NCBI RefSeq assembly: GCF_004010195.1
Contig: NC_057759.1
Coordinates: 798,565-834,368, forward strand
Reading direction: 5' to 3'
DNA length: 35,804 nt
Source: Chiloscyllium plagiosum
Taxonomy: Eukaryota
Shown here: piece by piece, positions 24,214 to 35,725 of the stretch
Numbering within the stretch: the stretch's first letter is position 1
Layout: every line of letters begins with the position of its first letter
Made by a program: the position numbers and the translations under genes
Notes under the pieces: model-generated
What the model saw: the letters and a program-made list of their open reading frames with translations, nothing else
Database searches by the model: none
What the model was told of the DNA's origin: nothing

Positions 24214-24570
24214 GGGAGAGAAAGGATCCGACAAAACACACTGTTTACGTCTCCACAACAGGAGTATAATGCTCGACGTGAGAATCGATTCACTTGCTGT
24301 TTCAACTGTGTCTTTGGAAGATGGGGTTATAACGTGTGGTTTGTGTCGCTCCCTGCCATTGTTCCACACCTGCCTCTTTTCCAAAATTGTTCGCTCTCGC
24401 TCTCTCGCTCCCACACACATTCAGGAGAAAGTGAAGCTTCTCACTCAATCATGCAAGGTGCAAGAGGCCCTTCAGCCTAATGAAGATTTTCTACCAAATA
24501 CTGTTATAAATCTGGAGCAGTCCCACTTTTCGATCCGTTGGCTGAGTTTGTTAACGTCCTTTAGCAGAGG
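24214..24570 (+). pseudogene. Degenerate Ig domain exon 1 (copy C)
   Basis: Strong acceptor (gttcttctgttaactttctgcag). Reads ERKDPTKHTVYVSTTGV*/RRENRFTCCFNC... versus FSQPVVFLNPLYGVFLERETTSVKCNCQC in copy B, and ends YCYKSGAVPLFDPLAEFVNVL. 3' boundary uncertain. Confidence 0.35.
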
Positions 24571-25149
24571 GATTTAATGTGTAGCAACATAGCTGTGACT
24601 CCAGACTGAAAGCATGTGCTTTTATCTTAACTGCACCAACGGGTATTAAATGCTGATCAGCCAATGATGTCCACATCCAATGGAAAAGCTATTAAAAATA
24701 ATACTGTTTGTGATAACGGTTCCTATTGCTGTACAACAAATTCGTCAAAGGAGCAGGGTACCACCTCCACCTATTCAAAACCACTCTTAAATGCTGATTC
24801 TAAACTTTGAAGAGCAGAGCATCAGTCTGTCTCACTGAGGAATTACTTCAGGAGATTTTTCAGCAATGTCGGGGTGGGGTTGAGATCATATCGGCGTAAA
24901 AGTTCAATATGTGTATGTTGCCCTCACTGCCTGCCATTGTCACGTCCCACTGCCCGATGTCAGAGAAATCCCATTTCTTAATTACACTGCACATGTCTGC
25001 CTGTGCAATGAAAAGCGAGTTTAAGTAAAAGGTTATCTCCTCTGGCAAGCATCTGCGGCAATGGTTTGGGCTGCAGAGGATGAGTACTTACTTCTGGTGT
25101 CAGAAAACTTGAGTTCAATCCCTACTTTTACTTGAAAGTAAAATTGTAC

Positions 25150-25910
25150 AAAACAGAATTGACCCTTCAGCCTATTTGAGTCTGCATGGACCGAACAACT
25201 CTAATTCCACACCTATCGCAATTTCCTGCACTTATACCATTCCCTTGAATGTTAGTCATTTTATAAAGTTGGGAGACTTCCCACGTCAACTCACCTCAGG
25301 GACATTGCATTCCGGACACTCATCAGCCTCTGGGTGATTTATTTTCCCTCAAATCCCTAATAATCTTACACACCTCTACCAGGGTCCCTTCAGACTTCTC
25401 TGCTTCAAGATAAAACAACCGCAGTTATCCAGCCTCTCTTCAGCCCTGAATGCTCTCTCCCAGGCAATATCTTGGTAAATCTCTTCTGTACCCCTTCCAC
25501 TGCAATCACATCCTTCTTATAGTGTGGAGACTGAAAATGCACACAGTGCTTCAGTTGTGGCCTCACTAAAGTCCTGTCTCGCTCCAAAATCATCTCCTCG
25601 CTCATATAAACTACATCTTGACTGATAAAGGCATGCATCCTGTATGCCTTCTTAGAAACCCAATTAAGCTGTCCTACTACTTTTGGAGATCTGTGGACTA
25701 GATCCCCAAGATCCATCTGTTCCTTTGAGTTTCCTAGTGTCCTGACATTCGTTTAAGTACTCCTTGACTTGTTCTTTCAGCCAAGGGGCATCACCTCCCA
25801 TTTATCTGAGTTCATGTCCTTCTGCCACTGATTTGACTATCTGACCTATCCTCCTGTCACCAAACACATTCGTAGGCATTTTCAACCACCCAGTCAGTCT
25901 TCCTGTCGTT
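25150..25910 (-). mobile_element. Degraded CR1 fragment
   Basis: DLGDLVHRS...LVRPQLKHCVHFQSPHYKKDV...QKRFTKILPG. Confidence 0.85.
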
Positions 25911-26483
25911 CATAAATGTTACTTTTCAGCCACAAATCATCAACGACTTAGTCCATCGTTGAAACTAGCCTTCCATCCATTGACTCTGTCTATATCTCCC
26001 GCTGGCTCGGCAAATCAGTCTTAAGGCTGAACAGCAATCTAGGTTTGTTCAATAAATCGTTTCAATTGCATGGCACTGTGAATTATTTTGTTAGTTCTGA
26101 GTCTGATGGTCCAGTTCCACAGCTACCTGATGAAAGAGCAGCTCAGGGAAAGCTACTTTATTCAATATAACCTATTGGATTATAACCCAGTGTTGTTTAC
26201 TTTAGGTGGTGTGATAAGTCTGGATGCGTGCAAAACAAAACTTTTAACTCTATCTCGGTACATGACAATAACATATCAAATCAAACATCATCCCTCCCGC
26301 ATCATTTACGAATATCATAATCCAGTCATTCAACTAAATGTGATGGAAGGACATTTCAGAGCGGGCCAATCGTTCTTTTGATCTATGAAGCTCAGGAAGG
26401 TTCTCCTGTATCTAAAATCGTTGATGGCTGGGGTCATTAGGTCAAGGCATCTCCAAACTGGACCGTTTGCATCTTGCGGTCAG

Positions 26484-26742
26484 ACAGTGTGATTACATGG
26501 CAGTTCCATGGATATGTGCTGTGGGCAGAGGGGAATTTTAAAAACTCACTTTTTCACTTGTCGTTCGAAATGTGGAGGCGGCGTGATTTTGGTTTCACTT
26601 GTTCCAAACCACTGCGACATTGTTCAGCAGCTTTCCACGGACATTTGTGTCCATGAAGTCGATGCACAGATCAGGCTGGAGATTTCGATAAAAAAGCAGG
26701 GACAATCGGCTGAATGATCCACAGTGATGAGACTATTAACAG
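26484..26742 (+). pseudogene. Degenerate Ig domain exon 2 (copy C)
   Basis: Phase-1 cag|AC start. Across frameshifts VLWAEGNFKN / FTCRSK / SAAF / ICVHE align in order with VLSGSGANSN / ISCKSE / AAAF / INVHE of exon 15436; shared DNA words gtgctgt and tgtccatgaa. Confidence 0.5.
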
Positions 26743-27443
26743 GAGCTGTACCAGTGATACTGGCTGGCATTGATCACAAGTTTCTAGAGGACTGCAAAAT
26801 AATTCTGCGTGCCCTTGACAGCAGGGGAGTAACTTTAAGATTTGTCATGTTAAAGGGCAGTGATGGTGGATAGATATAAGCAAACCTGTTAGCATAACAC
26901 GTCTCCTTGCAAACTGTGCTACATTTGGGGCCGTTAGGTTCGGGGAAAGTCATCGGGCTGCTCTCATTAGAGAGAGATGACTGGTGGGGTTTAACCTCAT
27001 GGTCTCCATACCTCAAGTAACTGGAGTGGCTCAAGGAGGTTCGACACTTATGGTAACCTCAGTTGGTGTGGGGACTGATTAGCTCAGTGGGTTAGATGGC
27101 TGGTTTTGATTCAGAGTGACACCAAACAGTACATGGTTTGTTAAAGTCAATAAAATTGTTGCACAGATAGAAACGCATAATTTTGTGGCATGGTTCTGTC
27201 TGTTAAAACAGATTGCTCTTGAATATGCACCAATTTGTAACTGAATATTAGCAATTCTTTATCACTGTCCGTTCTTTCCAAGTAACAACACTCGATAAGT
27301 AGTGTTTTTTTTTTATGTTGTACCAGCTTCTGCTAAGAGTTACGAGAGGAAAGTGAGGACTGCAGATGCTGGGGATCAGAGCTTAAAAATGTGTCGCTGG
27401 AAAAGCGCAGCGGGTCAGGCAGCATCAAAGGAGAAGGAGAATC

Positions 27444-27471
27444 GACGTTTCGGGCATAAACCCTTCTTCAG
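27444..27471 (-). ncRNA. Minimal hammerhead ribozyme core
   Basis: Reverse complement reads CUGAAGA-agggu uuau gccc-GAAA-CGUC. Confidence 0.65.
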
Positions 27472-27483
27472 GATTCTTCACTT

Positions 27484-27529
27484 GGACGTCACCACTGATG
27501 ATGTTACCTAGCCAGGTAATGAAACGTCC
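27484..27529 (+). ncRNA. Hammerhead ribozyme core with 7-bp stem II
   Basis: CUGAUGA (27495-27501)-u-guuaccu agcc agguaau-GAAA-CGUC (27521-27528). Confidence 0.65.
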
Positions 27530-27749
27530 GGATATCAAACCTACAGCTCAGCGAGCAAACCTACATTCTAAACTTCAACCTGAGCTACAAACCTTCACAA
27601 ACCTTACAAAAATCCTTGGAAGAGTAAGAACTGCAGATGCTAGGCGTCGGACTCGATAAAACGTGGAGCTTGAAAAGCACTGCATGTCAGACAGTGTTGA
27701 AGCAGCAGGAAAGTCGATGCTTCAGGTCAGGACTCTCCATCAGGGGACT

Positions 27750-28130
27750 TCTTTGTATTCACTTGTGGGACATAGGAATCCCTGGCTGGCCAGCAGTTAG
27801 TGTCCATCCCAAACTGTCCTTTAATAAGGGTTGGTCTGCCTTGCAAGGCCATTTCAGAGGACAGTTGAGAGATGACCACTGACCTGGATGTCACATCCAG
27901 TCAATAGGCAAGGGGAGCACATTTCCTTCCATAAAGTCAATCGTGAACCATTAGGATTCTTACAAGAATTGAGTGTTAAACAGTCCTCATTAAATAAAGG
28001 TTTTAATTCCAGATTTTTTTCTGGTTCAAAGTTTAACAACTACCTGATGTGATTTGAATCTACATCTCCAGGCCATTAACCTGGCCGCTGCAGATTCCGA
28101 TCCCATCAAAATTACCTCTATGCCACCGTG
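27750..28130. mobile_element. Old SINE-like interspersed repeat (family not identified)
   Basis: Reverse-complement similarity to 33180-33365 and same-strand similarity to 34760-35070 (ttccttc/cctaaag...gtgaacca...ttaattccag). Confidence 0.55.
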
Positions 28131-28251
28131 TTGCTTAAATGGCTACAAACACATTCAATGCACTCAACATAAACACTAGATATACTCACAAAAATGTTAG
28201 GTTCTGATTTCTGGATTGGACTGTCACTTCTTGTGATTGATACTATGATAG

Positions 28252-28379
28252 ATAACAGAACGGTGGGATGGACAGCTCAGCTCAGCACCACATTTCTCCT
28301 GTTGGATTCGGTTTCTTACTAATCATCACTTTCACGATCACTTCATTAATTTCCATTGTTTCTTGGAGTCTTACTTCAG
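28252..28379 (+). pseudogene. Degenerate transmembrane exon (copy C)
   Basis: Phase-1 reading DNRTVGWTAQLSTTFLLL, then frameshifted GFLLIITFTI. aatcat...ttcacgatc resembles aatcattttacaatc (NHFTI) in the copy B TM exon. Donor not intact. Confidence 0.35.
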
Positions 28380-29052
28380 GAAGACGAGTGAATGTTTTGA
28401 TGACGAGAGTATTATGTGAAATGGTTAAGTCATTGAGCATGCCTGATGGGCAGCCAAAGTTGCGTATTGATTCCTGGTCTATACCCAGGAGAGATGGCGT
28501 CCCAGTGGCATTATCACTTGGCTATTAATCCAGATAGACAAAAATGTCCAGAGAGTCCCCAATGGATTGGGGGCTTGGCCGGGTTGGGGGGAGGTGGGGA
28601 GGGATGGGAGAAGGACATGGTTACAGAATATAACAGGCCAAAAGAAAAGGAATAAATCGTTTAGAATTTGAAGGTGTTGAGCTCAATATTAAGTCCAGAA
28701 GGCTGTAAAGTGCCTAGTCTGATGATGAGATATTGTCCTTTTCGCATGCGCTGTGATTCACTCGAACACTAAAGCATGCCAAGGACAGACACATGGACAT
28801 GCAAACAGGAAGCAGTGTTAAGATGACCGTCTGCAGAAAGGTTGGGCTCCTGCTTGCACATACCTTGGAGGTGTTCTGCAAAGTGGTAACACTGTCTGTG
28901 TTTGGTTAAGCACTGTAGCGTAGGCCACATCATGTGCAGTGAAAACAATACACAGGTTTGGAGGAGGTACACGTGAAATGCTGCCAGAAGCACGGAAACA
29001 ACGTCCTCTATAACTGCAACATAACTTCTAAACATCTATGCTTAATGCCCTT

Positions 29053-29330
29053 GGGGCGGCACGGTGGATCAGTGGTTAAGAAAAGCACAGCAAGCCAGGC
29101 AGCACCCAAGAAACAGGAAAATCAACGTTTTGGGCAAAAACCCTTCATCAAGAACGTCTCCTGATGAATGGCTTTTGCTCGAAACGTTGATTTTCCTTCT
29201 CGTCGGATGCTTCCAGTCCTGCTGTGCTTTTCCAGTACTAGTCTAATCTTGATCCTAATCTCCAGCATCTGTAGTACCCACTTCTGCCCTTGATTAGTGA
29301 TGAGCACTGCTGCCCCACAGCGCCAGGGTC
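29053..29330 (+). mobile_element. HE1 SINE head interrupted by an inverted pair of Penelope terminal fragments
   Basis: ggggcggcacggtggatcagtggtta (29053-78) resumes as agcactgctgccccacagcgccaggg at about 29303; the insert carries inverted arms around 29079-29235. Confidence 0.75.
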
Positions 29331-29344
29331 ATGAGGATCCTGGG

Positions 29345-29750
29345 GTTTTATTAATTCGAGTTTAGAAGGTTGAGGGGAGATCGAATAGAAACATACAAGA
29401 TAATGTATGGCTTAGAAAGGGTGGAATGTGGGAAGTTGTATCGGTTAAGTAGGGAGACAAGGACCCTACCTAAGACTTAGACTTAGAGTGGGTCAATTTA
29501 GAACGGAAATGAGGAGATATTTATTCAGCCAGAGAGTGGTGGGCCTGCAAAATTCATTGTCACGGAGTGCAGTAGAGGTCGGGACGTTAAATGTCTTTAA
29601 GGCAGAGATTAATAAATTCTTGACCTCGTAAAGATTAGGGGCTACGGGGAGAGTGCGGGTAAGTGGAGGTGAAATGCCCATCAGCCATGATTAAATGGCG
29701 CAGTGCACTCGATGGGCAGAATGACCGTACTTCCACTCCTATGTCTAATA
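29345..29750 (+). mobile_element. CR1 3' fragment
   Basis: tttagaaggttgaggggagatcgaatagaaacatacaagat...gaaatgaggaga...cagagagtggtg...cagccatgattaaatggcg. Confidence 0.85.
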
Positions 29751-30634
29751 GTCTTATGATGAAGGCCTGTGTGCCAACAGCCTTCTTCACTGCCCTGTCT
29801 ACCTGTAACCGTTGCCTGATCTCCATATTCTCTCCTTTTCACTCGACTTCTTGGGTGGTGAGCAGGGACGATGTGAAAGGGCAGATGTTGCATCTTCTGT
29901 GATGCTGTCCCACCGGCTGTGATCTCCATTATTGCTTGTTTCCAATAAGATTTCAGCAACTTCAGTAATTTTCTCCGAAAATATTTCTCATGCCTGGAGA
30001 TCCACACAACATGACGAAGTCATGGTTTCCAGACTCATCATGAATTTTTCCCCAGTTCACTCACTCCATTCGCCATCTCTCCCAAAATCACAATTCGGCA
30101 AGATTTTTCCTTCACATTAAACACACCTTTGCCAAATACAAACATAAAGCAAAGAGTCGATCCTTGTGGTGTTGGAAAGTGGATGCAGAGCGTGCTTTGG
30201 AGAAACCAGCAGGACACCTTTCCTTTTCTGTTTCCCTTCCTCACTTCACAACACCCAGAGCAGGCAGAACACAAAGCTGCTTTCCTAGACCTGAAAAAGC
30301 AGAAAATCACGTTGTTAGCTAAGTGGGTACAAATTTAATGTATAAACAGTGTCACATAAGCTTATTGCACAGAGACATAGGTTTTTAATAAGACAATTGA
30401 AAATGAATTTATTAATCAATTGAACAGAAACTTCTTACACTAATGAACCAAAGTGGACTCATGAAAATATTTTTATGTGTTAAAACTCTCCTTACAGAAT
30501 TTATAGTAAATTTCAGAAGCCAACTAACTTGAGTGTCTTCCCCCTAATTATATTAAACATTTGAAAATAAGCTTACTGCGCAGTTTATGGGGAGGTGTGT
30601 TTTGCACTCAGCAAAGGAGCGGCCAATCCGAATG

Positions 30635-30930
30635 GACCTCCACAATAGGGGATGATGGTGAGGAAGGGTAGTGAGCGAAGGAGCTGTGCAATCCAAGTTG
30701 ACCTCCAAGGCATGGGGTGATAATGAGGAGGGCACTGAGGGAGCAATGGACAGTGAAATAGACCTCCACAATGGATGGCAATGGTGAGAGAGGACAGTGA
30801 GCAAAGTACCTAGACCTCCACAAATGGGGATGTTGGTAAGGGCAGGCGTCGAGCGCGGGAATATTGTATTCCAGCTGGACCTCCACAATAGGGAGCGATG
30901 GTGAAGAGGACACTGAATGTTGGAGCCGGA
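30635..30930. repeat. Degenerate minisatellite, five units of 52-65 bp
   Basis: GACCTCCA(CAA) recurs at 30635, 30700, 30761, 30813 and 30878, each followed by a purine-rich ..gatggtga..-like segment. Confidence 0.8.
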
Positions 30931-32084
30931 TATCAACAGCACGGGGCAGTGTTGAGGGAGGGCAATGATGTAGGGAGCTAACATCAACAACATGCAACAA
31001 CACTGAGAGGTAGAATTTGGCCAGGGAATATGAAAGGGCAGGCGACATTTCTTGTAGGCGTCTCTCCATTTAGTTTCAATGTATAGCATGCCACGAAGCA
31101 ATGCAAATTTGTTCAAAAGGAAAATTAACATTTCATTGCTTCCACTGTCCGATTTCCCATTGACAATGCTGATAATGCAGGTTTCCAACGGTACAGACCT
31201 TGAGCAAGATCTGTTCTTGTTTCCCCTTTTACAATTCAATGTAAAAAAGTGAAGTCACCATAATGTTAGTGGACGATAGCAACTGTTCCCTCATTACAGG
31301 CAAAGAGAGATGACTGGGTGGTGGTTTAATTTGAGCGTCAGGCGAGGGAAGAGGTTGAGATGGACAGCCTTTCATAGTAACCTCAACTGATGCAGGCATT
31401 AAACCCTCTCTGTTGGCATCACACTGCTGTCCTGCTGATTGAATTGTGACACTTTTAATTACGTAATATGTGCAACATTGCTGTGGAGCTACAGCTCAGT
31501 TCGATGTGAATAAGAACAGCAAATTTCAAAGAAAAATTAAACCAGAGAGAATTACTTAAGAGCCTGCGTTCTTGCGTGGCCCAAACAGTTTGTTCCCATG
31601 TCAGTTCAACCGTATTGCTTGCATAAGTGTGGTCTTGTCATGCTGCAGCTAATGAGACTGGCTCAGGGAGGGGCATTTGCATGTAGCATTACTCAGAATA
31701 CTAAATCTTCTTGAAAACTGCTATTGGCAAAATCATTCTCTGCTAGTTTGTGCATCAGGCAAACCCCAAAATATCCTCAGAGACTTGAGACCTCTCAGAG
31801 TGACCCCATATGATTTGTAATTCAGTTAATAGCATAAGACTCACTGTGACATTTATATTATCCGGATGTCATTGTCAATATTACATTCTTCGTGCCATTT
31901 GCAAATGTGAGTTTCAAAAGAAGGAATTATTTACCATTGGCCTTCCAAAACCACCTCTGTGCATTGGTTATGCCCTGACATTGCTTTAAATAGATGACTA
32001 ATGTTCCCCTTGAAACATGTTTATTGGAGATTTCCATTGCATGGGGCAATTATCTGTGGAGCGATGGAGTATGACTGGTCAACA

Positions 32085-32490
32085 TTTAAAAGCTTATAGA
32101 TAGGTTGAGTAGCCAAGGTCATTTTCAATAATAGTGAAGCCCAAACGTAGAGGGCATAGGTTTAAGGGGAGAGGGGAATAAAGTGCCCCAAGGAGCAACT
32201 TTTTCACCTAGAGGATGGTGCGTGTATGGAATGAGCTGCCAGAGGAAGTGATGGAGGCTAGGACAATTACTACATTTAAGTGGCATCTAGATGTGTATAT
32301 GAATAGGAGTTAGGGGCCAAGCGCTGGCAAATGGGACTAGATTATTTTAGGATATCTGGTCAGCATGAATGAGTTGGACTGAAGAGTCTGTTTCTGTGCT
32401 GTGAAGTTCTATGATTCTAGAAGGAATGTGGAGTCAGCCATGGCAATGTTGAATGGCAGAGCAAAAGGCTGAATGGCTGAGTCCTGTTCC
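32085..32490 (+). mobile_element. CR1 3' end fragment
   Basis: agagggcataggtttaagg...gtatggaatgagctgccagaggaagtg...gggccaagcgctggcaaatgggactag. Confidence 0.85.
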
Positions 32491-33370
32491 AACACCTTAC
32501 TGTGTGAAAACCAGCTTCTGATTACCTCAACTCTGCATACCCATCAGTAAATCCGTCCCACTGCTTTCTGAGGTTAACATTTCCAAAGCTAAGCAATCCT
32601 ACCACATCTCACTGCTACTAATTGAAATTAGACTTCATCCTCCTTTTACCTATGCAGCCATTCCTCTGAATTGAACCCCATTCCTGCTCAGCAGCTTCAA
32701 ATTTCTCCAAAACCTCAAATGACTCAACAACTCAGTATCCTTTTTTTAAAAAAAGTCAGTGCTCACACATTTGATACGATCACCTCTCACATATCTTCAC
32801 TGCATTTTGTACCTGCACAATCTTTGGCCATAAGGGCACCCTTTCAATCCTGGAACCAGCCAGTTGAACCTTCTATGAATAGTCGACAACGGAAATGGAT
32901 TGCCTGTTAAATAAGGGACAAAAACTATACAGTCATTGGTTATACCTGACCAGTGTCCTGCTGTAAATTTCAAAATGTGATGTTTCATCTCAGCTGTCAA
33001 CATAATTCACTGTTCTATTTGGTTATTACAAAACTTTCTGTGCCTTTAGTTTTTTTTTTTCAAATCAAATGTTCTTTTGTACACAGGCTGCTGGATTTAA
33101 CCACCAGACTGTTAATAGAGAAAACTAGATCATTCCCTTTGGAATTTATGTTAAAGCCCTCCGTGGCCGATGTAGGATTTGAATTCAATAATAATCTGGA
33201 ATTCTGAGTTTTATGGCCATGAATCCATTGCCAATTGGTGCAAAAACCCATCTTGTTCACTAATGTCCTTTAGGGAAGGAAACTGCAATCCTTACCTGGT
33301 CTGGACCGACACGTGATTCCAGACACACAACAATGCAATTGACTCTTAACAGCACTTTGTGCACGTTGGG

Positions 33371-33660
33371 GATTAGATTAGATTAGATTAGATTACATTA
33401 CAGTGTGGAAACAGGCCCTTCGGCCCAACAAGTCCACACCGACCCGCCGAAGCGAAACCCACCCATACCCCTACATTTACCCCCTACCTAACACCACGGG
33501 CAATTTAGCATAGCCAATTCACCTGACCTGCACATCTTTGGACTGTGGGAGGAAACCGGAGCACCCGGAGGAAACCCACGCAGACACGGGGAGAACGTGC
33601 AAACTCCACACAGTCAGTCGCCTGAGGCGGGAATTGAACCCGGGTCTCAGACGCTGTGAG
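33371..33660 (-). mobile_element. Young HE1-type V-SINE
   Basis: (GATTA)n tail at 33371, intact V-domain and B-box (gggttcaattccc on the minus strand). Confidence 0.92.
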
Positions 33661-33938
33661 AGGGGATGGGCAATAAATTCTGGTCCAGCCAGTGACATTC
33701 ATGAACTAATTTTTAAAACTCAGTCACGTCCCCAATCAAATCATACCTGATTGTATTATCAAATTTGTACTATCTAATTTAATATCCCATGTTTCCACGT
33801 TATAATCTGTTCTTTTCATAGCCATTCACATGGTCTATCTCTAAGCTATTTAACCCGCTTTGTGATCCCCTTCAGCTTGTTATCTCCACCCAAGTTTGTA
33901 AAAATAAATAAAGCTTTTTGCTACAATGCACGAAGTCC

Positions 33939-34532
33939 ATTCATCCAGTTCATGACATCATTTATAATTATTACTGGGAATTACTACTGATCCTTGTGAC
34001 AGTTCACTTGTTACAGCTTCTCAATCTGATAATGGCCTGGTTAGCCAATCTTCATTGACAGTTAAGAAAACAATCAGTAAATGTAATAGAATGCTGGCCT
34101 TAACATCAAGGGGGCTGGAGGATAATGATGCAGAAGTTATGCTGCAGTTATACAAAGCCCTGGTTAGGCCTCACTTGAAGCAGATGTGGATGGATAGATT
34201 GGGCTGGCAGGGAGTATAACGTTGGTTCACAAGAAATTCATCCAGTTCATGACATCATTTATAATTATTACTGGTAATTACTACTGATCCTTGTGACAGT
34301 TCACTTGTTACAGCTTCTCAATCTGATAATGGCCTGGTTAGCCAATCTTCATTGACAGTTAAGAAAACAATCAGTAAATGTAATAGAATGCTGGCCTTAA
34401 CATCAAGGGGGCTGGAGGATAATGATGCAGAAGTTATGCTGCAGTTATACAAAGCCCTGGTTAGGCCTCTCTTGCAGCAGATCTGGATGGATAGATTGGG
34501 CTGGCAGGGAGTATAACGTTGGTTCACAAGAA
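33939..34532. repeat. 297-bp tandem duplication (33939-34235 / 34236-34532)
   Basis: Two near-identical copies, about 4 substitutions by eye. Confidence 0.95.
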
Positions 34533-34780
34533 TGAAATCTGCTCTTCGGGATTAAATTGTGAAGAGATATTAGACAAATTGGGACTGTTCTCTCTGGAAT
34601 ATAGAAGGTTAAGAGATTACCTGATTGAAGTCTTCAAGATACTAGCAGTTAAAGACAGGGTAGATAAATGGAAATTATTTCCATTGTTTGCGGATTCTAG
34701 AACAAGGGAGGGCATTGTCAGAGAATGAGGTCTGGGAAGCATTTTATTATTGTTCATGGAATGTGAGTACCGCTGGCTGG
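34060..34780 (+). mobile_element. Degraded CR1 RT fragment (partly duplicated)
   Basis: EVMLQLYKALVRP...LGLFSLEYRRLRDYLIEVFKIL...LFPL..DSRTR. Confidence 0.8.
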
Positions 34781-35643
34781 TGCAACATTTGTTGTCCAAC
34801 CATAATTAGCCAGAGAGAAGCTCAGGGTCAATCACATCACCATGGGTCTGGAGTCAGACGGAAACCATACAATTAAGCAGTGTAGATCACCTTCCCTAAA
34901 GGACAGTCGTGAAACAAATTGTTTTTATTCTGACAATCAGCATTGGTTTCATGATCATCAGTAAATACTTAATTCCAGGCGATCATTGAATTCAATTTCC
35001 ATCTGCCGTGGCAGGATTTGTATCCAATTCCCTCGAACATTAACAGGGTATCGAGATTAATTGTCTGGTGATAGTACATATCACAAAAAGTGCGGGAGAG
35101 GCATGTAATTAACATCTACAAACCACATTTTATGCTGGATGAGTTATTTGATTTAAAACTGAGAGGAATAACTTTTGTGTTAAGCACATGTATTCAAGGA
35201 GCTAGGGCGCCAAAGATAGTGCTGTGGAACTATCAGTCAAAATTTGATTGAATGGTGGAACAAGTTCAAGAGGCTGAATGGACTACTGGTGTTATGGATT
35301 TGAAATGTTAATTCTGGTTCTCTCTCGCTCAATCCACAGATACTGCAAGACCTGCTGAGTTACTCCAGTTATTTCTGCTTCAGTCAATTTTTCTAACGTG
35401 TACTTGAATTGGATTCATATAATTGACGACATAATTAGTCTTTTTTGTCTGTGTATTTCTTCTGAATCTGCATGCTTTCACTTATTCTGGAACCTTCCTG
35501 ATATCTAATAATTCCCCAAAATTCTGGCATTCTTAAGTCTGCACGCCTTTGGATTCTGCTTCTTTCAAAGGGGTGGAGACTCTATTTATTGAAATGAAAA
35601 CATTGGCAAACGCTTGCTTCACCAGAGATGTATAACTCGGTGA

Positions 35644-35646
<3 letters not shown>

Positions 35647-35687
<41 letters not shown>

Positions 35688-35725
35688 ATCTATCTCATTC
35701 TTCAGCCAGGTGGGATTTGCGGCAG

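Larger units (their letters stand above)
27345..27745. mobile_element. Cluster of short Penelope terminal-repeat fragments carrying hammerhead cores
   Basis: actgcagatgctgg...ggaaaagcgcagc...atcgacgtttcgggc segments match the ends of the 20-23 kb element; a different hammerhead-bearing piece lies at 27480-27600. Confidence 0.75.

Noticed and set aside
24214..24269. GERKDPTKHTVYVSTTGV* as the cytoplasmic tail of copy B with an ITSM-like motif
   Set aside because: Phase-compatible, but TVYVST lacks the +3 V/I/L, and the preceding mini-exon plus downstream Cys cluster favour a decayed Ig exon. Not fully excluded.
30635..30930. CRISPR-like repeat/spacer appearance
   Set aside because: Vertebrate context, no cas genes, degenerate repeats, and spacers that resemble each other.
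30553..31239. 228-aa minus-strand ORF
   Set aside because: Overlaps the minisatellite, has no recognisable domain, and two frames are open, which indicates compositional bias.
35591..35600. ISRE-like GAAATGAAAA
   Set aside because: Too short and non-canonical in spacing, with no adjacent exon evidence.
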